DNA of 64,000 bases from a virus: IMG/VR virus record IMGVR_UViG_3300028802_000398. One strand, 5' to 3'. The translations under genes and the position numbers were made by a program. The notes under the pieces were generated by a model that worked only from the letters and a program-made list of their open reading frames with translations, ran no database searches and was not told the DNA's origin. Below are positions 51,166-61,885 of the stretch, piece after piece (within the stretch, counting starts at the first letter, position 1; the number at the start of each line of letters is the position of its first letter).

Positions 51166-53466
51166 ATGCAGGCCCAACTTCAAGTCCACAATGGCTCTGA
51201 TGTCAACAGCTACCAGCCGAGCGCGATTCGCAAACGAGATGGCGTGACCGTTCAGCCCTTCGATCCTTTGAAGCTCCGCAATGCCGTCTATGCGGCATGG
51301 GTGGACAGCATGGGAGCTGCAGACGACAAGGCCATCAACGAGGTGGTCAGCACAGTGGTGCACTCGCTTCCGGCTGAGGTGGTTGATGTCGAGCTGATAC
51401 AGAATGCGGTGGAGATCGCGTTGATGCGCCTTCATCAATACAAGGTCGCTAAGGCGTACATCTTGTATCGGCATCACCGTCAGGAGATGCGGCAGCTGCA
51501 TGATAAGGCGATTGATCCGAAGGGCCTCTCTGCGTACATCCACGCGAGCAAGTACGCACGTTATCTGCCTGAGTTGATGCGACGCGAAGTGTACGAAGAG
51601 ACGGTCGCTCGTGTGGAGGGCATGCACCTAGGGCAGTTCCCTGGTATGGAAGATGAGATTCGCGAGGCGTTCAAGCTCGTCTACAACAAGCGAGTGTTGC
51701 CATCGATGCGTTCGATGCAGTTCGGAGGTCCGGCGATCCTTGCGAATCACAACAGGCTGTACAACTGCTCTGCGACGCACGTCGATCGTTGGGAAGCGTT
51801 TAGCGAAGCTCTATACTTGCTTCTTTCAGGTTGCGGCGTCGGATTCTCGGTGCAGTTCGATCACGTTGAGCGGCTCTCCCCCGTGGCGCATATTGACCCG
51901 AAGAGAGTTCAGCACCACGTGGTGCAGGACACCATCGAAGGCTGGGCCGACGCGCTCAAGGCGCTCATCAACAGTTTTCAAAAGGGGACAAATCTCGAAC
52001 TGAGCTACCACAAGGTTCGGCCCGCTGGTTCACCATTGAAGACTTCCGGAGGCCGCGCTCCAGGTCACTTGAAACTCAAAGAGTCACTGGAGCGGGTGCG
52101 AGCCACTCTGCTGGCTGCACAGGGGCGCAAGCTGCGTCCGATCGAGGCATATCGCATTATGTGCTTCGCGGCCGACGCCGTGCTGTCTGGTGGCATTCGG
52201 CGAAGCGCCATGATCTGCCTTTTCTCGCTGGAGGACAGCGAAATGATGTTCGCCAAGACGGGCAATTGGTGGCAGACGGATCCGTGGTTCGCCAACTCTA
52301 ACAACTCTGTCGTGCTGAAGCGCGACGAGGTGAAGAAGAAGCAGTTCAAGCGCATCTTTCAGATGACGCGCGAGTGGGGGGAGCCGGGCTTCTTCTTCGT
52401 TAGTGACTACGATCACGCTACCAATCCGTGCTGCGAGATCAACCTATACCCAGTGATCACGGTGACACCAGAGTTGCAGGCGCAGCTAGCCAATCGAGGC
52501 ATCTCTGTCGACGCGGACAGCCGTCACACGGGCTGGGCGTTCTGCAACCTGTGTGAGATCAACGCGTCCAAGCTCACGAGCTACGAGGACTTCGTAGAGG
52601 CCGCGAAAGCGGCAACGCTCATCGGGACCGTGCAGGCGGCGTATACGGATATGCCGTACTTGGGCTGGGCGTCGTCGGAGATCGCCAAGCGCGACGCACT
52701 TCTTGGGATAGGCATGACCGGGATCATGGACGCACCGCAGATCGCGCTGAACGCTGAGTACCAGCGGAAGATCGCCGTGAAGGTGAAGGAGTGGAACAAG
52801 GAATATGCGGCTCGGCTAGGGATCAACTCGGCCGCGCGTACGACTTGCGTGAAACCGTCGGGGACTACGTCGTTGGCTCTCGGGTGCATCGGCTCTGGGA
52901 TTCACCCGCACCACGCACGCCGCTATATCCGCCGCGTCACTGCTGACGAACTCGAGCCAGTTTTTCAGGCGTTCATGGCGGCAAATCCGAAAATGTGCCA
53001 GCGGAAGCCCGATGGTAAGTGGGTCGTCGAGTTTCCCGTGCAGGCGCCGGACGGGGCGATCCTCAAGGGTGACCAGTCGGCGATTCAGTTTCTCGATGCT
53101 GTGCGCTCGACCCAAGTCAACTGGGTTGTTCCGGGTACGGACCGGATGCATCCGGGGTACAACGGGGGGCATCACAATGTGTCGAACACCGTGACGGTGC
53201 AGCCGGACGAGTGGGAGGCCGTGGCGAGCTACATCTGGGTGCATCGCGACGATTTCACGGGTATCTCGTTGCTGCCGGCATCGGCAGACAAGGACTACGC
53301 GTTCGCCCCGCTAGAAGCCGTGACAACTGAGGCCGACGAGCGTCGCTGGCTAGAACTGGTGTCTTGCTACAAGCCTATCGACTACACGGCGATCCTTGAA
53401 ACTGAGGATGGGACTGTGCTGTCGGCCGAGAGTGCTTGCGCGGGCGGGTTCTGTCAGATCGTTTGA
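51166..53466 (+). CDS. nrdJ: Class II (adenosylcobalamin) ribonucleotide reductase with ATP cone
   Basis: N-terminal ATP cone, TNPCCEI, TCVKPSGT, C-terminal CAGGFC. Confidence 0.88.
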   Translation: MQAQLQVHNGSDVNSYQPSAIRKRDGVTVQPFDPLKLRNAVYAAWVDSMGAADDKAINEVVSTVVHSLPAEVVDVELIQNAVEIALMRLHQYKVAKAYILYRHHRQEMRQLHDKAIDPKGLSAYIHASKYARYLPELMRREVYEETVARVEGMHLGQFPGMEDEIREAFKLVYNKRVLPSMRSMQFGGPAILANHNRLYNCSATHVDRWEAFSEALYLLLSGCGVGFSVQFDHVERLSPVAHIDPKRVQHHVVQDTIEGWADALKALINSFQKGTNLELSYHKVRPAGSPLKTSGGRAPGHLKLKESLERVRATLLAAQGRKLRPIEAYRIMCFAADAVLSGGIRRSAMICLFSLEDSEMMFAKTGNWWQTDPWFANSNNSVVLKRDEVKKKQFKRIFQMTREWGEPGFFFVSDYDHATNPCCEINLYPVITVTPELQAQLANRGISVDADSRHTGWAFCNLCEINASKLTSYEDFVEAAKAATLIGTVQAAYTDMPYLGWASSEIAKRDALLGIGMTGIMDAPQIALNAEYQRKIAVKVKEWNKEYAARLGINSAARTTCVKPSGTTSLALGCIGSGIHPHHARRYIRRVTADELEPVFQAFMAANPKMCQRKPDGKWVVEFPVQAPDGAILKGDQSAIQFLDAVRSTQVNWVVPGTDRMHPGYNGGHHNVSNTVTVQPDEWEAVASYIWVHRDDFTGISLLPASADKDYAFAPLEAVTTEADERRWLELVSCYKPIDYTAILETEDGTVLSAESACAGGFCQIV

Positions 53467-53477
53467 AGGAGGTTTCT

Positions 53478-53696
53478 ATGGATCTGGGTCTGATGACTGA
53501 GGGCTTCGTGGAGTTGGACCCCATGAGCGGCAGGATGGTTTTGCGCATTCCCCAAGAGAATGGGGCGAACGAATACTTGGATGTTCAGGACTTCCTGACT
53601 TCGTACAACGGCAGACAAGTCCGGTTCATCATCACGCCTGTTGAGACGATTGCGAAGCTGGCCGAGATGGTCGCGTCCGGGGAGGTCTCGGTTTAG
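53478..53696 (+). CDS. Small hypothetical protein
   Basis: 72-aa ORF with AGGAGG RBS. Confidence 0.65.
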   Translation: MDLGLMTEGFVELDPMSGRMVLRIPQENGANEYLDVQDFLTSYNGRQVRFIITPVETIAKLAEMVASGEVSV

Positions 53697-53701
53697 CCTT
53701 T

Positions 53702-53707
53702 GGTGTA
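53702..53707 (+). promoter_or_regulatory. GGTGTA promoter-like motif (representative copy, before ligA)
   Basis: TTTGGTGTAG 9 nt upstream of ATG. Confidence 0.55.
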
Positions 53708-53716
53708 GTATTAGGG

Positions 53717-55642
53717 ATGGGCAATATCTCGGAACTGTTGGATGAGGCTTCTTCGAGTCGGATCATCGAACTTGAGGGGCTCATCCAACAAGCTCGACAT
53801 GAGTACTACAATACGAGCACGGCCACGATCGCCGACGAGGCCTACGATGCTTGGGTGGATGAGCTTTCGGCTTTGAAGCATGACAGTGCGGAGGTGACTC
53901 AGATCGGCGCACCTCCGGTTTCCGAGTGGGTGAAAGTCGGGCACACGATCCCAATGGGGTCGTTGAGCAAGATCAACACGCTGGAGGAGCTGACTTCGTG
54001 GGTGATGTCTACCGGCAGCGCGAAATTTGCGGCGCTCATGGTGACCGAGAAACTCGACGGCATTTCGATCGCCGTCGACTACGTGAAAGGGGCCTTCTCC
54101 CGCGCCGCCACTCGCGGCGATGGCGTGACTGGCGAAGACATATCAGCGAACGTCGCGAGGATGCAGGGCGTTCCAGGTCGCCTTCCCAAGGCTTTCACCG
54201 GCACGCTTCGCGGCGAGATTGTCCTCACGAAGAGCGACCACGCCAAGCACTTCCCGCAATACGCGAATCCACGAAACGCCGCGAGTGGCATCGCCAAGCG
54301 GTACGACGGCCAGGGGTGCGAACATCTGACGATCATGTTCTACCAGGTCGCTGACGGCGAAGACTTTGAATCCGAAGGGGACCAGTTCACGTGGCTTGTG
54401 CAGCAGGGGCTCAAGGTGCCGAACTGGTATGTCACGGCGATGACGCCGGGGATCCGAACGCCTCACGACCTGTGGCTGGAGTACCAGCAGTTTAAGCGCT
54501 CCGAGCTGAACTACGAGATCGACGGCCTTGTGGTGCGCGTCAATGACTTGGCGAACCAGCTCGCGCTAGGTGAGGTGGACAATCGACCGAAGGGCGCCGT
54601 CGCCTTCAAGTTCGCGCCTATGACTCGCGAATCAACGCTGCGGCGGATTGACTGGCAGGTTGGCGGGTCCGGACGCATCACGCCCGTTGCCGTGTTCGAC
54701 CCGGTGCGTGTGTTGGGCACGGAGATCACGAACGCTTCTTTGTACAACGTCGCGTACATCAACACCCTTGGCATAGACATCGGAGCCACGATCCTGATTG
54801 CTCGCGCCCAGGACGTGATCCCGAGGGTCGCCGCCGTTCGGAAGCCGACCGGCACCGTGGCAGCTCCGCCGCTGGTGTGTCCGTGCTGCGACGGCGCCAC
54901 GCAAATGGATGGGGAGTATCTCATCTGCACGAACTCGATGGGGTGCTCGGCACAGGCCGTGGGCCGCATCAAGCGCTACGTCTCGGTGCTGGATATCAAG
55001 GAGTGGGGCGAGACGCTGATTGAGAAGATTGTCGAGATGGGGCTCGTCAGCGATGTCGGCGACCTCTACACGCTGTCGGAAGCGCAGCTCTCTGACGTGG
55101 ACAGGATGGGGGCGAAGTCCGCGGCGAAGGTCGTGAAGACTCTCTGGGCTAGGCACAAGGTGCCTCTCGACACGCTGCTGGGCTCTCTGTCGATCCCGCT
55201 CTGTGGCCCGAGCAGCATCAAGATGGCGATGGATGCCGGTTTCGACACGTTGGATAGCCTCAAATCTATCACGGTCGAGCAGCTCCAATCCGTGGAGGGT
55301 CTGGGGCCGGTGCGGGCTCGCAACATCCGTGACTGGCTCGACAACCATTGTTGGCTGGTCGACAAGCTCTTGCTCCTCGGTGTGGAGATCGAGGGCAAGC
55401 GGCACGGCACTCTCTCGGGAATGAGCGTCTGCTTCACTGGCAGCTTGACGAGACCTCGTGCGGACCTTGAGCGCTTGGTCAAGGAGGCGGGCGGGGAGGT
55501 CAAGACATCGGTTGGCAAGAAGCTCACGTATCTCGTGATGGCGGACCCAACCTCCACCAGTTCTAAGGCTCAAGCTGCGCGTAAGAATGGCACGAACTGC
55601 GTGTCAGAAGATGAGCTTCTAAAAGTCATTGGGGTCCCGTGA
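53717..55642 (+). CDS. ligA: NAD-dependent DNA ligase
   Basis: EKLDG adenylation motif, ATRGDG, CPCC..C Zn finger, HhH repeats, C-terminal BRCT. Confidence 0.95.
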   Translation: MGNISELLDEASSSRIIELEGLIQQARHEYYNTSTATIADEAYDAWVDELSALKHDSAEVTQIGAPPVSEWVKVGHTIPMGSLSKINTLEELTSWVMSTGSAKFAALMVTEKLDGISIAVDYVKGAFSRAATRGDGVTGEDISANVARMQGVPGRLPKAFTGTLRGEIVLTKSDHAKHFPQYANPRNAASGIAKRYDGQGCEHLTIMFYQVADGEDFESEGDQFTWLVQQGLKVPNWYVTAMTPGIRTPHDLWLEYQQFKRSELNYEIDGLVVRVNDLANQLALGEVDNRPKGAVAFKFAPMTRESTLRRIDWQVGGSGRITPVAVFDPVRVLGTEITNASLYNVAYINTLGIDIGATILIARAQDVIPRVAAVRKPTGTVAAPPLVCPCCDGATQMDGEYLICTNSMGCSAQAVGRIKRYVSVLDIKEWGETLIEKIVEMGLVSDVGDLYTLSEAQLSDVDRMGAKSAAKVVKTLWARHKVPLDTLLGSLSIPLCGPSSIKMAMDAGFDTLDSLKSITVEQLQSVEGLGPVRARNIRDWLDNHCWLVDKLLLLGVEIEGKRHGTLSGMSVCFTGSLTRPRADLERLVKEAGGEVKTSVGKKLTYLVMADPTSTSSKAQAARKNGTNCVSEDELLKVIGVP

Positions 55643-57873
55643 GCTATATCCGAGGACAGGTAGAGAAGGTCATTCATGCGAGTGGCACTTTTCACGTGTT
55701 CGCATTCAGTGTCATTGAGGCTTCTGGGTACCTCACGCCCCGCTCCACGAAGGTCACCGGCCACTTGTTCGGGCTCACTCAGGTGTTCCGAGGACTGGTC
55801 GTTGAACTTGACGGGGAATGGATTACGCACGTGAAGTATGGGCGTCAGTTCAAGATACGCAGCTGGCGCCCATGGTCTAGGCACTCTCTTGACGTTAAGG
55901 CGTTCTTTCAGTTTGCGGTATCCGTGTTTGAAGATAGTGCCTTGATGGACCGTTTCGTCGAGTTTTTCGGCAACGACTCGTATGAAGTGTTGATGGGTGA
56001 CGGCGCTATCAAGTTTGCGGGGGACAACGAGATTGCCCAGAGAGCATTGCAGGAAGCGGGTGCCAAATGGCGTGTGATCCGAGGGCTCGCCGCGCTCGCG
56101 GACTTTCTGCAGGAGTACGAACTCGGGGCTAGCTTGATAGCCTCGGTGTTTCAGAAATTCGGTTTCGATTCGGTCGACGTGCTGACAACCAACCCGTATC
56201 GGCTTGTCGAGGTGGAGGGGGTGTCGTTCCAACGGGCGGACGAGATTGCCGCTGGGCGCGGGATTGCCCCCGGCGACCCTCGCCGTCTCGCCGCGGCTGT
56301 CTTGTGGTCGGTCCGGGACCAGACGCGACAGTACGGCCACCTCTACTTGCGGCGCGGAGAGCTGGTTCCACTGCTTTCCGAGCTAGTCACTCGCTCGGGT
56401 GTGGCCCCCTTCGCCGTTCCCGACCTGACGCAAGCAGTGTCCGATGCATTGGTGGGCTTGGAGAATGACGGCGCTGTGAAGGTCGACCCAGATGTCGGCG
56501 TGTACCCGCCCGAACTCTATACGTACGAGCGGGCTGGTGCTGCGATGCTGTCTCGATTTCTGACTCCGGTAGAGCTAACGCTGGCCTTGGGGACGTTTCT
56601 GTCAGAGTACGAGGCCACTAACGGCATCGAGCTATCAGACCTCCAACGCCAAGCCGTCGCGCGGCTCATGCTGAATCGAGTCTTGGTCGTGACCGGCGCG
56701 CCCGGCACTGGCAAAACGACGCTGATCAAGACCTTCGTGCACCTGTTTAGATCCCTGGGTATCTCTCATGCGCTCATGGCCCCCACCGGGATAGCCTCAA
56801 AGCGTCTATCGCATGTGACTGAGGCAGGAGCCTCCACGATTCACCGTGCCCTGAAGTACGACGGCTTCCAGTGGGGATTCAATGGCGCCCAAAAGCTTGA
56901 CGTCCAGGCGGTGATTGTGGACGAGCTGTCCATGGTTGACCAGGAGCTATTCTATCGCCTCCTTGATGCCCTGGAGCCGACCACGATGCTGGTGTTGGTG
57001 GGCGATGACGCTCAGTTGCCATCGGTCGGACCAGGCAACGTTCTGCGCGAACTGATCGCCTGTCCAAGCATCCCAACCATCCGCTTGGAGCACGTCTTCA
57101 GACAAGCCCAGACGAGCGACATCGTCTTGGCTGCCCACAAGATCCGGCGCGGCGAGTCTCCACTGGGTCTGCCTCCAAAGGAGGCCACGGAGTTTCAATT
57201 CGTCCGGGTCACCAATGAGGAGACTATCGCCGAGCTGATCGTGCGGATGGCGCGCAAGCTCAAGGAACGAGACGCGAACTTCCAGGTTCTCTCCCCGAAA
57301 TACGAGGGCGCGGTCGGTGTCGACAATCTGAATACTAGGCTTCGGGACGCGCTGAATCCGGACGTTGGGCAGTCATCCTGTGACTTTCTGCGGTTCAATG
57401 TCCGTGTCGGAGACCGCCTGATGATCATCAAGAACGACTACAAGCTAAACGTCTACAACGGAGACATCGGCAAGCTTCTAGAGATCCACAGGGACCGGCT
57501 TAGTATTCGCATCCACGGCATTGGCCGGCACCCGGACATGGTCGTCGATATCCCGCGAGATCTCGCCCCCAACATGCTCAAGCTCGCTTATGCCGTGACC
57601 GTGCACAAGAGTCAGGGCGAAGAGTTCGAGACCGTGATCTTGCCCCTGGTAAGAGGGCATGGGCGCATGCTCCAGCGCAACCTGTTCTATACTGCAATCA
57701 CTCGCGCTCGAAAGAAGGTGTGGCTACTCGGGGAGGATGATGCTGTCTTGAAGGCCGTCGCTAACGCGAAGGTTCAACAACGCAACACGGTCTTTCAAGC
57801 GTGTCTCAGTGGTCCTCTGTCAACGGACACGACTGCGACAGCGAAGGCGGCCGCTTCAGAGCTGTCTGTTTGA
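55639..57873 (+). CDS. recD2: RecD2-like SF1B helicase
   Basis: NPY/HhH N-terminus, GAPGTGKT, VDELSM, GDDAQLPSVG, TVHKSQGEEF, YTAITRA. Confidence 0.92.
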   Translation: MSYIRGQVEKVIHASGTFHVFAFSVIEASGYLTPRSTKVTGHLFGLTQVFRGLVVELDGEWITHVKYGRQFKIRSWRPWSRHSLDVKAFFQFAVSVFEDSALMDRFVEFFGNDSYEVLMGDGAIKFAGDNEIAQRALQEAGAKWRVIRGLAALADFLQEYELGASLIASVFQKFGFDSVDVLTTNPYRLVEVEGVSFQRADEIAAGRGIAPGDPRRLAAAVLWSVRDQTRQYGHLYLRRGELVPLLSELVTRSGVAPFAVPDLTQAVSDALVGLENDGAVKVDPDVGVYPPELYTYERAGAAMLSRFLTPVELTLALGTFLSEYEATNGIELSDLQRQAVARLMLNRVLVVTGAPGTGKTTLIKTFVHLFRSLGISHALMAPTGIASKRLSHVTEAGASTIHRALKYDGFQWGFNGAQKLDVQAVIVDELSMVDQELFYRLLDALEPTTMLVLVGDDAQLPSVGPGNVLRELIACPSIPTIRLEHVFRQAQTSDIVLAAHKIRRGESPLGLPPKEATEFQFVRVTNEETIAELIVRMARKLKERDANFQVLSPKYEGAVGVDNLNTRLRDALNPDVGQSSCDFLRFNVRVGDRLMIIKNDYKLNVYNGDIGKLLEIHRDRLSIRIHGIGRHPDMVVDIPRDLAPNMLKLAYAVTVHKSQGEEFETVILPLVRGHGRMLQRNLFYTAITRARKKVWLLGEDDAVLKAVANAKVQQRNTVFQACLSGPLSTDTTATAKAAASELSV

Positions 57874-57880
57874 CCGAGAC

Positions 57881-58618
57881 TCAAGCCTTGGCCTTCGCGC
57901 CGCCGAGGTCGACCTCCTGCCACTTTTCGCCGTCGTACCACTCGACTGACTGCAAGCGTAGAATCTCACCGGCCCCAAGGAACGTCTCTTCCTCGTAGTA
58001 GAACTCTTCCGAGGTCTCTTTAGGCGCGTGCTTGTAGTTACGTTTCTGGTCGTCGCGTCTGTACTGCGCGTGGATGACCACGGGAATTCCAACGTCCTCC
58101 TTGAGTTTGCTCGCCCACCCGGAAAACGCTAGGGCAACGGTTTTGTTCGTTGGCTTTGTCCAGTGGGTACCCAGAGGGCGCGACTGCAATAACCTCAAGA
58201 GAGAGGCTTTGACACCGGCGGGACTTTGGTTGAGCACCGCGGCTGGGTCCTTCATCTCGATGAACATGCCACGGATGTAATCGCGTGGCTCCACGTTACA
58301 TCTGTCTGTTGCCCAGTCTTCTCTGATCAGGCTCGGTAACCATGTGCCGAAGCTGTAGTGCTCGTTTGGGATGAGAGAGTACTTGTTGTTCCCCCGCGTA
58401 TCGATCTCAAAGCGCATGTTGCAGTTGACACATTCGGACTTCCACCTCTCGCCTTTTCTAACATTCTTCCAAGGGCCAAGGTCATGCCCGTGTTGCTCTG
58501 CCTCCTTGGTGATCCTGACTGCGTAAGCATTCGCTTCATCATCGGGCCACATCCCGCGAGGCTTCGTGTACCGGGCCGTCAAGTATCGCTGCACAACACG
58601 CTGGGCAAGGATAGGCAT
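57881..58618 (-). CDS. Hypothetical protein with RVVQRY N-terminal motif
   Basis: MPILAQRVVQRYLTA; CTCTTAT 16 nt upstream. Confidence 0.7.
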   Translation of the reverse strand: MPILAQRVVQRYLTARYTKPRGMWPDDEANAYAVRITKEAEQHGHDLGPWKNVRKGERWKSECVNCNMRFEIDTRGNNKYSLIPNEHYSFGTWLPSLIREDWATDRCNVEPRDYIRGMFIEMKDPAAVLNQSPAGVKASLLRLLQSRPLGTHWTKPTNKTVALAFSGWASKLKEDVGIPVVIHAQYRRDDQKRNYKHAPKETSEEFYYEEETFLGAGEILRLQSVEWYDGEKWQEVDLGGAKAKA

Positions 58619-58634
58619 TCAGGGGAGCGCGCCC

Positions 58635-58641
58635 ATAAGAG
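58635..58641 (-). promoter_or_regulatory. CTCTTAT promoter-like motif (representative copy)
   Basis: 16 nt upstream of the RVVQRY-motif gene. Confidence 0.55.
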
Positions 58642-58647
58642 GAAGTG

Positions 58648-59301
58648 CTAGGACCCAGGCAAATCGCTCGCCGTGGGGGTCGTCATCAGTTTCTTCATGA
58701 CGGCGCTCAGTGGACGGTCGAGGAGCAAGAGCAGGATTTCCTCCGTGGGAAACCACAGCGCGTTGATAGCGTGCCAGACCCCGCCTGAGAATAGCCCTGC
58801 CAATTCTGGTGCGGCAAAATAGATAAGAAGTACCTTGGCCAGGATGCGCAGCAACTGCTGTTTGGCCGCTTGAAACTCTTTAGGGTGGACTTCATCGCCG
58901 TTCGCCCATCGGCTGGCAACGTCCCCCAGATGCCGTGTTGACCGCGCGTCTTTGCGCAGTGCCTTCTTGAAGGCGGCCTTGATCTCTTCCCGGAACGTGG
59001 AGGAGCGGATCAGCTTCCCGAGGACAAAGAACGGGCGTACCAGGGCGTACCAAAGTCCGCGTAAGACTAGCCCTCCTAGTGCCTTCACCATCGGTCCGGC
59101 GGTTTTTCCTTCGGCCATGGAGTTGAGGGCGTCAGCGGTGAGGCCCTTCTCCACGAGTGCGCGGTCGACGCGCTTTTTGCTGAAAAGGTCGAGGCCACTC
59201 AGCTCTAGCAGGAAGGCATCCGCCACCTGGTCAGCGAGTGCCTCCAGCGCATCCTCTTGGGCGCGCTTGAAACGCATTAGCACTCGACCCTGACAGTCCA
59301 T
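58648..59301 (-). CDS. Hypothetical protein with RVLMRF N-terminal motif
   Basis: GRVLMRFKRA; helical with hydrophobic segments. Confidence 0.65.
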   Translation of the reverse strand: MDCQGRVLMRFKRAQEDALEALADQVADAFLLELSGLDLFSKKRVDRALVEKGLTADALNSMAEGKTAGPMVKALGGLVLRGLWYALVRPFFVLGKLIRSSTFREEIKAAFKKALRKDARSTRHLGDVASRWANGDEVHPKEFQAAKQQLLRILAKVLLIYFAAPELAGLFSGGVWHAINALWFPTEEILLLLLDRPLSAVMKKLMTTPTASDLPGS

Positions 59302-59355
59302 ACTCAGCCGAGCATATCGAAGAACTATCGCCCTTCCGTTTGGTGTAGGGCGGGC

Positions 59356-60120
59356 ATGCTCAACGAAAAGCGCGTAGACGCCATCTTCAAAGAGATGGAC
59401 GAACTCGTGATCGAACTGGAGTCAGACCCTGGTTCCTTGGGGCCGCAATACTTTCAGGATTTGATCGCCACGTGTCGAAACTATTTGAATCGCGTCGGGC
59501 TCGTACTCAATGAGTTGGACCGCGAGCACTTGACCGTGAGTACCGAGGTGCGGCGCCTTGAGGCCGCCTATGAGCTTGAGCACGATGACATTCTCACCAA
59601 CGACAAGAGTGTGAAGGATATCGGATCATCTATAGACGATCGCAAGGCGGCGGTCGGCTGGAGACTTCGTGAACAACGTGCCGCTCTTACGGAGGCGCGG
59701 GGGCGTCTCCACAGTTTGAAGGCCGTGCACAAAGTCGTGTCGTTTCGGAACAAGGAACTGCATGCAACGATGACTGCGATCCGAGATCAGAAGCGGCTCA
59801 TGACCGCGGAGATTCGCAGCGGCTCATTCTACGGCGACGAGAGGGCCACGCAGTTGCGCCCCGGTGAAGATGATGGCGGGGGCATGACCACGGAGGAGCT
59901 GGCTCAGATGCTGGAGGAGCCGGCACCCACCGCTGAAACCTTGGAGGCAGTTTCTTCAAAAAACGTGTCGGAGTCCGCTCCGCTCAGTGTAGAGGGGGCT
60001 GAATCTGATGCGCTTAGATTTCTCAGTGAGGGCACCACGGACGCTCCCACAAAAAAGACTGCAACGGAAACTGAGACCGCTGACGCAAATGTTTTGGAAG
60101 ACCTACTCAAGGATGTGTAA
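59356..60120 (+). CDS. Coiled-coil hypothetical protein with acidic tail
   Basis: Heptad-rich; GGTGTA 8 nt upstream; first gene of the recombination block. Confidence 0.7.
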   Translation: MLNEKRVDAIFKEMDELVIELESDPGSLGPQYFQDLIATCRNYLNRVGLVLNELDREHLTVSTEVRRLEAAYELEHDDILTNDKSVKDIGSSIDDRKAAVGWRLREQRAALTEARGRLHSLKAVHKVVSFRNKELHATMTAIRDQKRLMTAEIRSGSFYGDERATQLRPGEDDGGGMTTEELAQMLEEPAPTAETLEAVSSKNVSESAPLSVEGAESDALRFLSEGTTDAPTKKTATETETADANVLEDLLKDV

Positions 60121-60279
60121 TCGCCTTGTTGGGTAGCTTCATAGGAAACTTGACAGTCAACTAAATGTTCTCGGGTCTCACTGGGATCTTCCGGACTGGC
60201 AACTCCAAATCTGCCGATTCTCGACTTCCCGCCAAGGTGGCATTTGTGGTCGGGGCGGCCCGTAAAATAGGGACTGAGC

Positions 60280-61185
60280 ATGTCTGACGATGACTTGGAA
60301 CTGTCTACTGATTACTCGTTTGACGACGACGCCTCTCTTGAGCCCGATCAAAAGAATGCCGGGCGTGACCGGCAAGAGTGGTTCAAGTTGGGCAACAAGG
60401 GCCAGATGGTTCGCGCGGCGTTCGTGTACTTGTACACGGTTGACGCCAACGCTGTCCAGAAGGCCATGAAAGAGGGTACTAAGCGCCTCTCACGTGAAGA
60501 GACCATCGCTGTTGCAAAGGCGGCTCTAACCAAGCGGGCACAGGACTTGGGCAAGTCAGTCTCCCAGCTGTCTGCCATCGAGCGTCTGGATACTACGGTT
60601 GCTCATTTCAAGTCTCTAAAGGCGCACTATCACGAAGACGTAGGGTACGTAATCTCACGTTACGGCAAGGATGGACCAGATGCGGATCTGGTCTGGAAGC
60701 GCGCTGGAGCGGTTAAGACATACTTCACGACGCTACTTCTCATCTATCCCACGGATAGCGAAGGTTCGATCAACAAGGAGGCCCTTGCGAACCAGGTCCA
60801 CACGAACAAGCTGAAGCTCGTTCCGTGGCGTTTCAGCGGGAAGACGTACGATGAGATTTACGGCGTGAATGAAGGGCTACGCGATAATGGACTGAGCCTC
60901 GCCTCTCAGGACGTTAAGATCACTTCTGACAACCCTAAGTTCCACGGTGTCAAAGTGGTCGCTGCTGGCCCAGCTACGTGGCAGCGAAACGACAAGATGA
61001 AGACCGCCGTTTTGACCGGCGCACTGAATCTGTACGACAAGCTGAATCCGTTCCGTGAGATGACCACTGAGCAGCTTCGCGAGAAGCTAGGCGGTTCGAG
61101 CGGGAACAGCAGTCACTCTGGTGATGAAGGTGGCGGCGCGGATGCATCCGCCGACAACTTCAACGACATGCTCTCAGGCGTATAA
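60280..61185 (+). CDS. Possible single-stranded DNA-binding protein (gp32-like position and tail)
   Basis: Aromatic-rich core, Gly/Ser linker and acidic C-terminus (ADNFNDMLSGV); next to RuvC/RecA; inferred. Confidence 0.45.
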   Translation: MSDDDLELSTDYSFDDDASLEPDQKNAGRDRQEWFKLGNKGQMVRAAFVYLYTVDANAVQKAMKEGTKRLSREETIAVAKAALTKRAQDLGKSVSQLSAIERLDTTVAHFKSLKAHYHEDVGYVISRYGKDGPDADLVWKRAGAVKTYFTTLLLIYPTDSEGSINKEALANQVHTNKLKLVPWRFSGKTYDEIYGVNEGLRDNGLSLASQDVKITSDNPKFHGVKVVAAGPATWQRNDKMKTAVLTGALNLYDKLNPFREMTTEQLREKLGGSSGNSSHSGDEGGGADASADNFNDMLSGV

Positions 61186-61229
61186 GGGGAGACACGGGTC
61201 GAGGGGTCGCTCTCGGCCCGTGTTCCATC

Positions 61230-61871
61230 ATGATAACCCTGGGGCTAGATCCGTCGCTGACGGGATTTGGTTGGTGTGTCCACAACTCGCTCGCATCCGG
61301 CAAGGAGCGTGTGATGGCGAAGGGTCGCTGGTCGACATCTTCCAAGGACATCTGGGTCGCTCGATACGTGGAGCTGAGAGAGGAGGTCAAGTCTCTCTTA
61401 GACCGGTACTTGGTGATTGAGGCTGTCGGCGTAGAGTCACCTCCGTTCGGAGAGCAGTTCAGTGAGGGCCTCTACGCTCTCTTTGTCATGGTCAACGAAG
61501 CCGTTTGGTCCAGGCGTCGCGACGTTGTTCATTTTGATCCAGGCACCGTTAAGATGCTCGCCAAGCAGGACCATAAGCAACGCAAAGGAAAAATGTTCAA
61601 GTCGGACATGATCGATGCGGCCAAGCAAGACACTGACATTCCTCGTTGGAATGCAGATGAGGCCGACGCCTATCACATCGCTCGCTTCGCGGCCCGGTTC
61701 TGGTCGCTTCTACGCAGTGACATCACGACCGACGATCTCACGCCCTCGGAACATCAAGCCTTCTCTAGAGAGCACACGTTTGTACGCGGCAAGCGCGCCG
61801 GTCAAACAGTGTACACGGGGGCGGTCTTCAAAGAGAACCAGAGGTACTTCCGGTTTAGTTCGCTACCTTGA
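61230..61871 (+). CDS. ruvC: RuvC-like Holliday junction resolvase
   Basis: LGLDPSLTGFG, VGVESP, DEADAYHIA acidic catalytic residues. Confidence 0.8.
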   Translation: MITLGLDPSLTGFGWCVHNSLASGKERVMAKGRWSTSSKDIWVARYVELREEVKSLLDRYLVIEAVGVESPPFGEQFSEGLYALFVMVNEAVWSRRRDVVHFDPGTVKMLAKQDHKQRKGKMFKSDMIDAAKQDTDIPRWNADEADAYHIARFAARFWSLLRSDITTDDLTPSEHQAFSREHTFVRGKRAGQTVYTGAVFKENQRYFRFSSLP

Positions 61872-61885
61872 GGAAATGAAAGCCA